In this document: piece by piece, positions 1 through 12,779 of the stretch | How positions within the stretch are numbered: the first letter of the stretch is position 1 | Layout: each line of letters starts with the position of its first letter | From: Toensbergia leucococca | Taxonomy: Eukaryota | Direction: 5' to 3' | DNA length: 64,000 nucleotides | Assembly: GCA_022813965.1 (NCBI GenBank) | Contig: JALDZS010000017.1 | Span: 124,001 to 188,000 of the forward strand | Notes under the pieces: model-generated | The model's database searches: none | Told to the model about the DNA's origin: nothing | What the model saw: only the letters and a program-made list of their open reading frames with translations | Translations under genes and position numbers: made by a program

Positions 1-460
1 GGCCAGCGATGCAGCGTCAGAAGATGAAGATGAAGAAATGGAGGACTCAGAGGTGGAGAATCAGGACGAAGAAAGTGAAGACGAACTACAGCAAAGCGTT
101 GGTGTGGAGCTCAACCAACGGCTTCTAGCTGCGACAGAGGCAAGAGCTCGAGGTGAAGAAGTTGTGCTTGATGCAGACTGGGAGCAGTGGCTTAAAGAAG
201 CGGCCGAGAGAGGTGCTATCCCGGAGATACCTCGTCTCCATGGAGCAGATTCAAGCCAGAATCCAACCGAGAGACCAGAACCTTACGGCCAGATCATCCC
301 AGAGATCTTCCGCTCTCACCAACAACCCGTGGCGTTGGATCCATCTAACCTCTCCGCACTTCAAGCTCGCGTTTCGCCACCGCCATTCCTCCCCCTCGCG
401 ATTCACCGCTCGAGTCTCCCGAATACATCTTCCGCGCCACCTGCTGGTACAGCCATGTAG
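1..460 (+). CDS. 3' end of a gene entering from the left edge; acidic tract followed by a conserved-looking helix (SVGVELNQRLLAA...DWEQWLKE); product not identified
   Basis: Frame is open from the window edge to TAG at 458-460. Protein-like composition. No family recognised. Confidence 0.7.
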   Translation, partial: ASDAASEDEDEEMEDSEVENQDEESEDELQQSVGVELNQRLLAATEARARGEEVVLDADWEQWLKEAAERGAIPEIPRLHGADSSQNPTERPEPYGQIIPEIFRSHQQPVALDPSNLSALQARVSPPPFLPLAIHRSSLPNTSSAPPAGTAM

Positions 461-816
461 GCAATTGATTGATCTTCCAGCCACATTTCCTACCCGCTTT
501 GCGGTTACGCAGTCTCTCTTGCATCATTTCATATGTCGACCACGAGCTCATGAACCCCCGGCGTTGCAGTCCTTCATGTCATGGGGCAGGCAGGTATACA
601 GGTCTCTGGCGCTCGGTTCAGCATTTTTTGTTGCATTTTCGTGGCCTTTAGCACCTCTCACCCCATTTAGTACTTAATCCCCCCAAAATCCTCATTTCTC
701 CATCCATGCCCCTACGACCAAAGGGTTCACTAGCATAGCCAAAATATAGACAACGGGTCTCATTCAACTGGACCTACACTACGACCCTCTGATAATAGTA
801 CGTCCAAGTCGTGTCA

Positions 817-2132
817 TCACCCCTCCCCTTTATCCCCCTTGACTCCATCCGCCACCCCGAATCTTCCCACCACCCCCCTCGCAAATTCCCCAAAAGTAAT
901 TCCAGTTCTTTCCTCGGTCCAATCCACCACCTCCCCCAAGTTCGGCTGTGTAAACACTGCCAACGTATTCCTACTCACTTTTTCTCCCTCTGGTCCCCCT
1001 GCATACCCTAGTCTAGGGCCCCGCACGAAATGAGGCACGGCGCGGAATTTGCCGCGCGTGATTAATTGGAGGGTCTCGCCGGTTTGGAATGCGAGGTGGT
1101 TTGGGGGGATGTGAATTTTGTGGATCTGGGAGGTGCGGGAGTGAATGTAGAGGCCGGAGAGGGGGTCTGGCGGATCGGTGATGGCGGGAAGGGAATGTGG
1201 GGATTGGGAATATGAGGAAGGGGACGGGGCCTCGAGGATGTAGAGAGGGGCAGTTAGGCCCGTTAAGCAGCCGTGGTCGAGGTGGGTGGCGCACCAGGTG
1301 TCGTTTGAGGATGCGCTGTCGTCTGTGGTAGAGCTATGTACGGAGGAGGAATCGGAGGATGGAGAGGGATCGGGTGGGAAATAATGCAGCAAACGGGCTT
1401 TCGTCGTGGTGCTCGTTTTCACAACATGTTCCAGGTATCCTGGCTTGTAGTCCTCGACGTGTGCGATGGCGTAGCGGTCACAGGCTCGGGCCACGAGGCT
1501 TGCTACATCGATTATGAGGGTACAGAGGTCTTGTAAGGTTTCTTGGAAGCCGGGGAGGAGGGATTCGGGAGGCCAGAGGTTTGGGAGCGTGTATTCTGGG
1601 AAGGAAGATGGGGGTGGTGAAGGAGGTTCGGACGGGGAGGTTGAAGGAGAGGCGGGGGTGGGGGGTTGGTAAAAGGTGCAGTTTACGTAGTAAGAGCCTT
1701 TGTGGGTGTCGTATTGGCCTGTTTTGAGGGCTTCTTTGCCGTGGGACCAGCCGGTTAGGTATTTTGCTGTTGGGCTGGTGAGGGCATCTGGTTTTTTGGC
1801 GAGGGTATATGACTTAGTTTCCTTCTGGGAGAAACACTGGGGGAAGTGAGGGGAAAGCACCTAAGTCTGAAGGGGGGAGATTCGCGAGATTGGAGGCGTA
1901 GGAGAGGAGGGTTTGGCGGAGATTAGGGAAATTGGGGGGGAGGTCCTTGACGAGGAGGATGCCGAGGGAGGAGGGACCGAAGGCTTCTTCTAGGAGAGAG
2001 AAGGGGATTGAGGCTTCGCGGGGTGCTGTTAGGTGATGGGAGGAATTGGGAGGGGGGTTTTTGATGCGCACATGTTTTTAGGTCAGAGAGGCTGACTGTG
2101 ACGGCTTCTTTAATTGGATCTGGGTTGTTCAT
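817..2132 (-). CDS. 2-oxoglutarate/Fe(II)-dependent dioxygenase (isopenicillin N synthase-like fold), 3 exons
   Basis: ATG at 2132 (MNNPDPIKEAVTVSLSDLK). Two GT-AG introns join to exon 2 (SIPFSLLEEAFGPSSLGILLVKDLP) and exon 3 (GWSHGKEAL; ARLLHYFP; HLDHGCLT with HxD; AVPHFV with distal His; RNTLAVFTQP). Confidence 0.88.
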
Positions 2133-2434
2133 GACTTTTGTAGCTGGTGGAATATCCGTGGTTTTCAGGATATTGCGAGTGATACTCGCACGATGTTGAG
2201 CTGTAAAGTTGTTGACTTGTTGCAATTGGAAATAAGACTGCTAGGCTCGAGGTCCAGATAACGATAAAGATAACAGGTTCACTAATGACCTTGCTGCGGC
2301 CCGAGCCGAAGCCCTAATCTCTGGGTCCCCGGAGGCTAAACACAACGTCTGTAATCTTTCGTCCCAATATCTACCAGCAAAGCTACTAGACCAAGCTTTT
2401 TGGCGCCGTGGATAGCTGCTGTTCTATCAAAGCC

Positions 2435-3324
2435 ATGGTCAAGCCGTTATCCTTCAAAGGCGACAAAAAATCCAAAAAGCGAAAAGCTCCCGGGATAGAA
2501 AATGGAGTCAATGACGGAGACGACAGCTCCAAGGCGCTCACTACCACCATGGCTACTACCGCCGCCTCGGGAGAAGATGACAGCTGGGTGACGGCAGAAG
2601 CACAGTCAGATATTATTGGACCCATCATTTTCGCCCTACCTTCGGAGCCGCCGACGTGCATAGCCTGCGACGCCCATGGCAAGGTCTTCACCAGTGAGCT
2701 CGAGAACATCGTGGATGGCGATATAGCTACCGCAGAGCCGCACGATGTGAGGCAGGTTTGGGTGGCTACTAAAGTTGCTGGGGCAGAGGATATCAGCTTC
2801 AAAGGTCACCATGGACGGTTTGTGCATCTGATCTACTGTATACCATTGTTTGCTCTCTGATATCTAGAAAGCTAACCGGGATGTCTCTACTCTATAGATA
2901 TCTAAGCTGCGACAAGTTCGGCATCCTCTCCGCAACTCGCGAGGCCATCTCCCCCGAAGAATCCTTCATATGCATCGCATCCCCCGACACCCCCGGAACC
3001 ATAAACATCCAAACCCAGCGCGACAAGTTCCTCACTCTTACAAACGATTCCAAAATTCCCGAAATTCGTGGAGATGCCGAATCCATCTCCTTCAACACAA
3101 CCTTCCGAATACGCATGCAGGCGCGTTACAAACCCAGACTTAAGGCGAATAAGGAGTCCAGAGCGAGGGAAAAGATTAGTCGAAAGGAGCTGGAAGAGGT
3201 TGTGGGGAGGGGGCTTGAGGATGAGGAGGTGAGGAGGCTAAAGAAGGCAAGGGTTCAAGGGGATTATCATGAGGCTATTTTGGATGTGAGAGTTAAGGGA
3301 AAGCATGATAAATTTGCTTCATGA
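2435..3324 (+). CDS. FRG1: FRG1-like actin-bundling/spliceosome-associated protein, 2 exons
   Basis: MVKPLSFKGDKKSKKRK N-terminus. Intron 2818-2897 (GTTTGT...GCTAAC...TAG). Motifs YLSCDKFG..A.REAISPEE and C-terminal YHEAILDVRVKGKHDKFAS are typical of fungal Frg1. Confidence 0.92.
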
Positions 3325-4993
3325 TGAGGGTTATCGTGCAGTCGTTACGAATTGAAAAGAACACCGTCTTGCCTGCTGAGGGTGTTCGTCGAGAATCATG
3401 GTATCGAGGTAAGTTGCCATGCTCATTTTGCCGTTCTGCAGTACAACTCTAACAGTCCAGATATTCAATACATGAATGGGTCCGAGAGGACTTAAAAATC
3501 TCCAGGCAATCGTATGCCCTATTTCCAACATCATGCGTTCGGTCCGCATAGAAATACAAGCTCAAAGACTGTCTTGTGTGATTGCTGGCCTGGCAAGCTA
3601 AATAATTCGCAACAGGATTGAGAAACAGCACGCTACATGCTCATCAGTTCATTTATTGCGATTCGGCATTTTGCCAATCACACCGACGAAAGCGACGGAA
3701 TATTACTCTTCAATTTGATTTGATATTTGAGCATGTGTGAGTTTACCTATTTGGCATGTATATCTTCGTATTCCAAGTTTCATTGCTTATCGCTTCTTGT
3801 TCCTTGCGAGCTTAGTAGCGAGTGCATGGAGAATGCATCATTGCCATGGACTCCCTCAGTATCAAGACTTTGCTCTGACATGGTTTTTTGTTATTTCTTT
3901 TCCCATCGTTATTGCCGAATTGGTATACTTTTTGGACTGGTCTGCATTGTTTTGTACTTGTTCTCGCGATTGCTTCTTCTCTCGCCTTCACTGCCAGAAT
4001 AGCGAGGGGCTCAATGCTACTGCATTAGTCTTGACAGTATGCATATCTCTAGAAAACTTGCAGGGGCACAAAGACTGACTGGGTGAGTGTACAGTATGGC
4101 ACTCTCATGATTCCATACGTTGAATTCATGTACCCTAGTCTGTCTACTGTGGGTGCGAACGAATGATATGACCAGAGCAGAACCTTCGATGCCGTAAAAG
4201 CAGCTGTTGTCAGACCAAACGTTGATACAACATATTCGAGCGTAGCTATCGATTAGTCCCATACCAATGTTACCTTTACCATTCTCGATATCAGCGACGA
4301 TCGTTACTATGTCTCTCCATTCTATGATGTGTGAGACAACATCTCTATGACAAATACCTGTAATATTAAAAACTGATGCTGCTCACCATCAGACTCAGTG
4401 ACAGTGTTGTCAAAAATCGGTACTGATCATAGTGCTCCTCCAAATCAGCACCTTATGAGACTTTCAACTGAAAATTGAGCAGTGTGCATAAGCTTCACCA
4501 CTGGCTCCTCTCATTGTAAAAGTTGTGAGGATTCCTTGGCAAATTACGACCTTCTCCTTGTCTGAATCATCCATTGAAAAAACAAGATCGATGGCCCGGA
4601 TTGGAATGTCACGGACACGCTTCTGGGGTGTCGCACGGTGTAAACCCATACATGCTCTACGTGTAGAGAAGACGGTTCGGTGGATGAGAAACCAGAGATA
4701 AGTTTCCCAGTAGTATATCCAAAGTCGAAACCGCAGTGATACCTTGTCTAGATTTCGATCGGATTAGGAGGTGGATACCTTGGGTTATACTGCTTGGTTT
4801 CGGTACCTTGATTCTCTAACTGGTGATTGTGAAGGAAGAAATAAAAAGCAAGACCTGAAAGAGTCTTCCAGCAATGAGATATAGCTCCAATGTCTTACTT
4901 GTCATGTACCATATTCAGGGTTCTGACAAGAACAATATGTTTCAGGTCAATGATGGTTTCATTTCATCGATATACGCATAACTGCTATATTGA

Positions 4994-5764
4994 TTATTTC
5001 GTTCCGGTCGCCTTCTCGTATTCTACCCCGAAATCGTTGTACCATCGCTCCACCAATTTGATACTCGATCCTGCGCCAATAACCTCCTTGTCTTCTTTCC
5101 ATCCCTTAATAAGATCGTCCATGAATTCTTCGATACTCAGAGTAGCTGAGTTCTTGCCCTTTTTGTTGTCATCAGGATCCGCTCTTTCCCTGTGCAAGTC
5201 TGTGGCCACCGTTGGCGGCACAATCTCCACGATCCTGACGTTCGTATCTTTCAGCTGAGTACGCATGTTCATGCTCCAGAAATGCACCCAGGCCTTCGTG
5301 CCACAGTAAACAGGGTTGATGACGCTGACAGGGCTGTAGCCTAGCAAACTGGAAACATTCATGATGACAGCACTAGGCTTGCTTTTGAAATGGTCGAGAA
5401 ATCCAATGGCAAGATGCATAGGGCCTTGGATATTGATTCTAATCTCCTGGTCGGCCTTGTCTAGATCGAATTCTTGAATGTCCAACGGCCTTTGAACCCC
5501 GGCATTGTTGATCAGGCAGTCGACTTCGGGATGATCTTTAATGACGTGCTTGACGAAGGAGGGGATGGCGGCCATGTCTCCAGTGTCAAGGACGTAATAC
5601 TCGGCTGCACCCATCTCCTTTGCCGCGGTTTTGAGCTTCGACTCTGTACGTCCGACGATGATAACCTTCTTTCCTTGGGAGATCAGCCACTCAGACATGG
5701 CACGACCGAGACCGCCGCCGCCGCCAGTGACCACGGCACATTTGAAGTCGAGGGTCTTAGTCAT
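4994..5764 (-). CDS. Short-chain dehydrogenase/reductase (DltE-like), single exon
   Basis: ATG at 5764 (MTKTLDFK). Rossmann motif TGGGGGLG, NNAG, catalytic YCGTK, and VEIVPPTVATDL. Confidence 0.92.
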   Translation of the reverse strand: MTKTLDFKCAVVTGGGGGLGRAMSEWLISQGKKVIIVGRTESKLKTAAKEMGAAEYYVLDTGDMAAIPSFVKHVIKDHPEVDCLINNAGVQRPLDIQEFDLDKADQEIRINIQGPMHLAIGFLDHFKSKPSAVIMNVSSLLGYSPVSVINPVYCGTKAWVHFWSMNMRTQLKDTNVRIVEIVPPTVATDLHRERADPDDNKKGKNSATLSIEEFMDDLIKGWKEDKEVIGAGSSIKLVERWYNDFGVEYEKATGTK

Positions 5765-6943
5765 GGTGAGAGGTATTTGGAAGAGTTGAGGATATGAAAG
5801 TAAGTTTGTGTTATGGAGGCAGAAGGGTACGAAGCAGCTTAAGAGCACCAGGCTTCCGAGGAGTCCGCGAGCGTCGTGTCATCATGAGTCACTGATTGTA
5901 TTGACGCAAGATTCGCCGTATCTCCGCGGCCAAATAAAAGGAATATTAGTGGACTCCGGGAGTGGCGAATAAGATGTTGTTGTATGTGCGGCGTTGTGGA
6001 AGGAATAGCGGTGAATTGCGGATGTAGGAAACAGAATGTTGGTACAATTATGACGGGAGATTCGGAGGTATAATCCATGGCGGAGTCATCTGTAGGAGGA
6101 GGCCTTGATGGTCAGTTCAACAATTTGACTATCCTCGTATGTACGATGGAAAGAGTGAAAGAAACAAAGTGCATTAGAATACAGAGTATCCGTACGGATA
6201 CGGAGTACTACATACATTTACAATACGTTGGCCGAGTCAGCCTCTTGGCACCCAAAGTTCAAATCAACAACCACTCGAGAAGCATCCGTGCAACGCGAGT
6301 GACAACGATTTTTGCCTACAAACTCTGCGCAATTAGCTTGTGGAAGCTCCGACGACTTCAACCTGCCGAGCATCTCCTATGACTACTCACCTGTCGCTCA
6401 AATCCAATTGTCCTGCATAGGATTCTTCTTGACATCCAACGTCTCCCTTTCATTGAGTCCTCTCCCGTGCCCTTCGTGGCTACCTGAGAATACCTTAAGC
6501 AAGATCAGGGGAGACTGGATAGCAGGACAATAGCCTCTTCGCTGCGTAGTCAGCAAAATCGGGTTGGAGGCTGGGGAAGATGGAAGAACGCCTCAAGATA
6601 GATTGAAAGGCTCTTGAGATGGTACTGTTGACCGATCCTTGTTGCTGATGAAACAACGTTGAAAGTCCAGTCTCTTTTCATGTAGGAGCGGATACCCGAA
6701 TTGACAATACGACGGCATCGGTGCTAGACGGGGTTGATAACGAAGGCCCACTAGTCAGCCAATACTGACCGTTAAGGTGGCAGTTTCTCTAGATACATTT
6801 ACATCTGTTGAGGATGGAATGCCGCGCCTAATACGGAAACTCTTTAGGATGTCATGTTTACTGATGGGTGACCACATTGTTCTGCCTGTACTGAAGTTTT
6901 TTCATCCAATCTTACGTCCCTCTCTATTCCTGGCTCCTCTCGA

Positions 6944-8477
6944 CTACTGCTTGAAAAATGTGTCAACAAATTCACACACAGTCAATTTCTTGAATTCTTC
7001 CACGTTCGATGAAGCAAGCTTCAAGACCACATCCTGCTCGTCCTTATCGAACCATTTTACAACGTTTTTCTCGAACTTGGTCTTCACCATCTTAACCGCG
7101 TCTTCCCTCCACGGATGTCCGGCAGGGTACTCCACTACTACCTCGTTCAAATCAACCCCATCCCTCAAGGTGACCTTCAATGCGTTTGATGCGCTTTGTT
7201 TCAAACTATCGTGATTTTCTGCTGTAAACTGTTGGTCTTCTACCAGGTCGATTCTTTTTCTTAGATCCTCTACTCGTGGATCTCGTGCCCAGGGGGAATC
7301 GTTCTGATAATCAGCAGCACAGATCGTGTAGCCTTTGAGCAAGATGACAGCAATCATATATTGCATGCAGTGATCACGGTCTGCAGAATTGTGAAGACGG
7401 CCTTGTTTGTCCATGGCTATTTTCGCGGCATGCTGAGTGCGTACTTGTATGTGCATGATGTCTCTTTCAGGAGAGAGGTTGTGGACGCGTAGCTGCTCAC
7501 ACAATTCCAGAGCAGCTTCAACCCCTGACGCGGCGTGTCCTTCAGCGGCGTGGATCTTGAAGAAGATACTCTCTATCACCCAACTACCTAAAGGACGAGG
7601 CAGCCTAAAATGTTGTCCCTCAAAGAGAGTATCATAAAACCCCCAGCGAGAGGCGGTAAGTACAGTTGGAGCACCTGGCTGTCCGTTCTTGGTGAGAAGT
7701 GCAAGATGTACGGCACGCATACATGCGTCGCCAGCAGCCCAGCCTTTACGTGACCCGACGTTAGGTGGTTGGCGATAGACGCGTAATGGGGTGCCATCCA
7801 TCCATGCCAGAGATAAAGCGTCTAACGTCTGATTTTCCGAAAGATCCAAGAGCCAAGAGACTGCTGCTGTAGAGGCGACTTTGACTAAGATTGTGTGGTC
7901 AAAGCCGGCCTTGTTTAACTCGCTATGGACCTGGAAGCAGCCTTGAATCTCATAGGCTTTCACCAATGCCAGCAGAACGGCCTCCATCGTCAGAGGCTTC
8001 TGACCGATGCTCAGTGACACACGGCTCTGCCAATCTGCTACAGCTAAGATTGCGCCGATGTTATCTAGTTGAAATGTCAGACCATCCCCCAACACCATCG
8101 GAGTCTTAAATTTATTTACCTGAGGGATGACCCCATTCGGCGTCCGGGAAAGCATCGTTATGATCCAGATAGCGGATTAGGCATCCTAGGTCAAAGGCAC
8201 CCTTCATAGGATCCAACTGATGCGATGTTCCTGGTAGTCTGAACCCATCCGGTACCACAGTATTCGGTACAATAGGACCGATCAGTGCAACAGCTTCTGG
8301 ACTCTCTCGGAGTGTCTCGAATCCACACCCGAGGGCATCGAGAAGAGCTGCTCTTGCGCGCTGCCACGTCCGGGGGCTCGTGATAGTAAAGTGGAAAACA
8401 TAACTCACAATATCTATGAGGACCTTGTCGTAAGTACTATGAATGTTCTCATCATCCAGAACAGATCTATACGCCAT
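6944..8477 (-). CDS. MmgE/PrpD family protein (2-methylcitrate dehydratase-like paralogue), 2 exons
   Basis: Intron 8065-8119 (GTAAAT...CTGAC...TAG) restores WGHPS|DNIGAILAVADW. Also DHNDAF, SRKGWAAGDA, DRDHCMQYM and VEYPAGH. Confidence 0.92.
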
Positions 8478-11400
8478 GATGGACGGTGTTTGTATTTCTC
8501 ATCGTCTGTGGAACTTGAGGCGCTTACATACCCAATTTCTTTCCAAAAGCTAATCAGAGCCAGTCAGATTACAAACAGCCCCTCTCATCCTCCGCATCGC
8601 CTTTTATCCTTTAGATCGGGTCAGTTGTCTGGTGTGCTCAGCCATGCTCAGTATTCCTCCCAAAGCACCGCCGAGCAGCGTTGCGGCGCTGACTACAGCG
8701 GGAACAGCGCTTCCTCTCCCCGTTTGGTATAATGAGCGAACTTCCGATCGAAGCTGAGAGAAGACTATCGGAAGCGTCCGGAACGACAGTGCCCCGGAGA
8801 GGTGTGCCTAAGTATGAAGTACATTGTACGTTCCAGGAGGCTGAAGACTTTACCAAAAAGTCGCCGGTATAACTTCTCTATGCCACCGAATATGATTTAT
8901 AAGTATACCATTTACAGTTCGTATCAATAACATTTTGTAAGCAGCTGTAAGCTGTAAGCATTTTGAAACCCACCAGTTTTCCTCAACGTAAAGCGCGAGG
9001 ACACTTAGTACGAGCATTACATGCAGGCCATTCTGTTATACTCTAACATAACAAAGACAGTAGAAAATCCAAGGGTGTGCATCAGCCATTTCTTTGGGCC
9101 CGGGGATACGCTCAGCCTGCAGACAAATCCGGGTTTCTCCACAGTAGTGGCTGATATATCCCAACAGGTAGGGACCATCTTCATGTCCAGTGAGAGGATA
9201 CTTGCAAAATTTGCGTCAGATTCTGCTTGTCTCCTGCAAGACAGCAATGCGGATTTTCCTTGGACGCTTATCTTTTAAGTCATTGCAATCTAGAGATACA
9301 CAACGGGTATCTCGTGACCAGAGCTTATGCAAGCATCAGCATCTATGGATTACTTTTAGGTATCTAGGTATAGAGACTCTAGAATGACCGATATCCTCGA
9401 CGATCGGTATTATACTAAAGACGCCTGTGAGTCTTCATATGTAGAAAGAACAAAAGGCCAAAGATGACTATCCCGAAGACTTGGCACGCCTCGGAACGGC
9501 CTATTTATTCGGACGGCTATTAGGACTCTTCGAAGCACTGGGCCAACAGGTCAGTCTAGACGTGAACGCTTTCCTAGAGTCTATCTACTTAAGGCCTAGA
9601 ATCTATCTATTCCAGCCATTGTCTCGGGTCGACTACGTTTTACTGCAACCAGAGCTATGAATAAGACAGACTTCTAGGTAGGGCTTAGTACGTTGGTAGA
9701 CCTGTTACCTTAGTTGAGGGGATCACTTGCGAAAGGGTGTCAACAGATACACGCGCTGATCAGTCTTTCTCAAGGTGACCTGCATCATCGATGCTTCAGG
9801 AGCCGGCAATACGGACGGTGTTACTCCGACGCTAAAGTTACACGTCAATCAACAGCCCCTTGAAGCCAGTAGTCATCCTCTGCTACAAAAGAATCTTGAC
9901 CCCTCCACATAGATCGAGCTTCACCTCATGAGACCTTCCGAGCTTTCTTGCCACCTGCACGCACAGAGCAAATTACCAGACATCACGAGCAGTCTTAAAA
10001 AATCGACGTCTTTCTCAAACTCTCCTCAAACATCATTAATACATCTATAAGAACTGTTGGACTTTTGACATAATATGTGTATCTTTCCTCGCCGTCAATC
10101 GGTTCGCAGCGTACCGTTTCCATATTGTTCTCATTCCGTATCTGAAAGACTGTCGCAAGCACTGCAACAATACCCTATATGTCTTTGATTTGAATTCCTT
10201 GTCAAAGGTATCAGACTTGTAGAATATGTCTCGAAGCGTCCTCCGACTTGTCTGTTGAAGATGTCCCAACTATGAATTCTTGTACTCCTTCTAAGACGAT
10301 ACTTGCAAGTAGCGTGAGGTATGATAATAGAGAGACAGATATCTTTCAGCGACACCAGCTCAGATTATAGCCCCTGATCTTTCGAATTGACTCTGAGGGA
10401 CCGATTTAGGAAATGGCTTCCTTATTCATTCGAGTAAAGTTTCATAGTATATGAGTCAATTCGAGAAAGCTCACGACGGCTGAGGCCATACAACTACAAT
10501 TTGGAGAAGATTTGTTTTTGCATTTGTAAAGAACTGATTACATCAGCAGTGTCGTCCTTTGTCTTGATTCAGGTTAGGGTGATGAACTCGTTATCAGCGA
10601 TAACTTCTTCAGTATCCTTCAGATGCAAAGGTCTCTGTAATCTTTTTCATGATTGTGAGATTGAAAGTTCTCATTCTATAAGTATCGTACCACCAACAGT
10701 TGCGTGATCGCTGTCACGTACCCCTCACAAGCGCTGTAAGGTCTCTTCGAGGCTGTCAGTGGGTCATGGTCAAGTGCGGTCAATTTGAGAGCTGCGACGT
10801 TTTAAGTTCCAATTCAGCACTACAAGCCGAGTCATCTAAGGAGATGTCTTCAGGAGCCCATGAGACCTGTACAGCTTAGCAACTACTGAAAAAGAATTCA
10901 CATGCAACTTCTCCATACTCGGAATATCTTAGACGAAAAGCGCAACTAGGAAGAAGTCGTCATAATCAATTCGGACTGTAGTCACGAGTAAGTCTTCCTC
11001 CTTCATTTGCCGGCTTCACATCATATTCTAGAGTATTTCCTATTCACCGGAGTCAGTGAAAACTCATACCTACTAACGGTACATTCTCCTTCTTTCTTCA
11101 AAGAAAGCCTCCCCCTCGAGAGTTCTATCTCTTTTACACATCAAGACTCTCCTATCTCCACATCCCCGCCTGACTGTTCCTTTATATAGCCAGCTCCTGC
11201 GCTAGCAATAAACTGTTTCAGCTTCACCGCGGCAGAATTCTTCACCGCTCAGCTCACATTAATGATAGAAGGGAACTCCCGCCTCGGGAGCGTCAAAGAC
11301 CCAACCCAAAGCCCGAAGGTCTTCCAGTTCAAGGTCAGGAATAGCCGCCACGAAGAAGTAAAATATTGCAATTATTGAGAGGAAAAAAGTTGCATCGGTC

Positions 11401-11507
11401 AAGGGATGTTTCACCCAGCATTTTGCTGCTAGAAGTACAGCAGCCAGTATCAATGGAATCATCCAAAGTAAGATCGTGTCCCGTTGTATGAGTTTTCTCA
11501 ACGTTGT

Positions 11508-11618
11508 AGCATGAATAATCTGGCCACAACATACAAGGATCAAGGCCGGTTGATGGAGGCAGAGATGCTGAATATGCAAGTGATAGAGATAAAGAAGAGG
11601 GTACTAGGAGCGGAGCAC
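11508..11618 (+). pseudogene. Isolated kinesin-light-chain-type TPR repeat, remnant of a fungal NLR (NB-ARC-TPR) gene
   Basis: SMNNLATTYKDQGRLMEAEMLNMQVIEIKKRVLGAEH matches the 42-aa TPR repeat of fungal NLRs. No NB-ARC domain or further repeats are visible. Confidence 0.75.
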
Positions 11619-11716
11619 ATAGCCGCAAGCCCAGCGTTCTATCGAACGTCAACTGAAGCCCCAGATGCAGATCCACCAGCACTGAGGACCAAACGTGCTG
11701 AGACTAAAATGGAAGA

Positions 11717-12470
11717 AGGGGCTGCACGACTAGGCAACGCCTGGGGCTTTGGTTGCACCACTTTGGGGGGGTTCCTGGATGCACCCCGGCCGCTCCATCC
11801 TCTTTATATATAGGCTTGCAGTATTCCTATATTCCATCTCTCTCACATCATGTTTTCAGAGTCCCCTCCACCAAATTCCTTAGCTAAACGTGACTAGACA
11901 ATAACGAAGCAGCATCGCTGCCCGGCACATCGGCGCCGTCGCCATCGCCGGGTATAACGTCACACAGTGGTGTTTTGCACCTGACATACCCCCGCCATTC
12001 ACCCTCTCAACTTCCCTATTGCCCATTCACTACTCATCGTGCCTGTTGTTCCTCCACTTAAGAAAGAGCTCTACTCTACCCTTGACGGCCTCGATCTTGC
12101 AGTCAACCACCATGCAGGACTGAAGGAATACATTGTCATTATACTTATAACCAAGAGGTCCGAATTAGCAAGACTTGTCAATAATCGCTACCTACGCTGT
12201 GATTGAGAAGAAGAATCAGATAAAAGGGCCATTCCTGATGCACATCAAAAAAGTAATGAGTGCTGAATCTGGATTGGTGGATTGTTCATTCTCTCTTGTT
12301 GCATCACAGAAATGAACCTGGGTGGATGTGAACTGTATGTAGATCAGATCACAATCACATAGAGACTGTGATTTAAGAATCTATCATCTCTGGGAACAAT
12401 GCCGGTATTCATGACACAGGAAGCCAAGAAGAGCATCATAGATCAGATCAGATTTAAAATTCTACAGGCT
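11717..12470 (+). mobile_element. Degenerate Mutator-like (MULE) element, 5' part with N-terminal zinc-ribbon/DNA-binding region of the transposase
   Basis: From 12051: PPLKKELYSTLDGLDLAVNHHAGLKEYIVI..TKRS...YLRCD*EE, then after frameshifts DCSFSLVA..TWV..DHNH. This follows the fungal MULE pattern GYA..RSK..CDRGG..CPFS..HNH. A possible TIR starts near 11717 (GGGGCTGCACGACTAGGCAACG); no right TIR was seen. Confidence 0.65.
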
Positions 12471-12779
12471 ACAGCATAAGCTAGCGACTCTCTGACTTCG
12501 GCACAAGATTCAAGAGGAGGTGGTTAAGAGACAATACGTTTAGGCAATCGGTGTCATCCTTCGCTCTATGACGGGCGACGCCGTCATCAGATTGAACCAA
12601 ATTGGAGAGCATGACTGAAGCTAAATTCTCTCTATCGAACCGGCACTCCCATCATTGGTAAATTGTGTATTTAAAGAAAGAGGCAGGTTTGGTTGACTCT
12701 GTTTTGTAGGCGAAGCTCACTTTACAAAATTTCTTTACATTGGCTTTGAGAAATTTAGAACTAATAGTAAGAAACACTG

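Noticed and set aside
3400..4800. Hydrophobic and other short ORFs between FRG1 and the SDR
   Set aside because: No motifs or coherent gene model; possibly a relic but unsupported.
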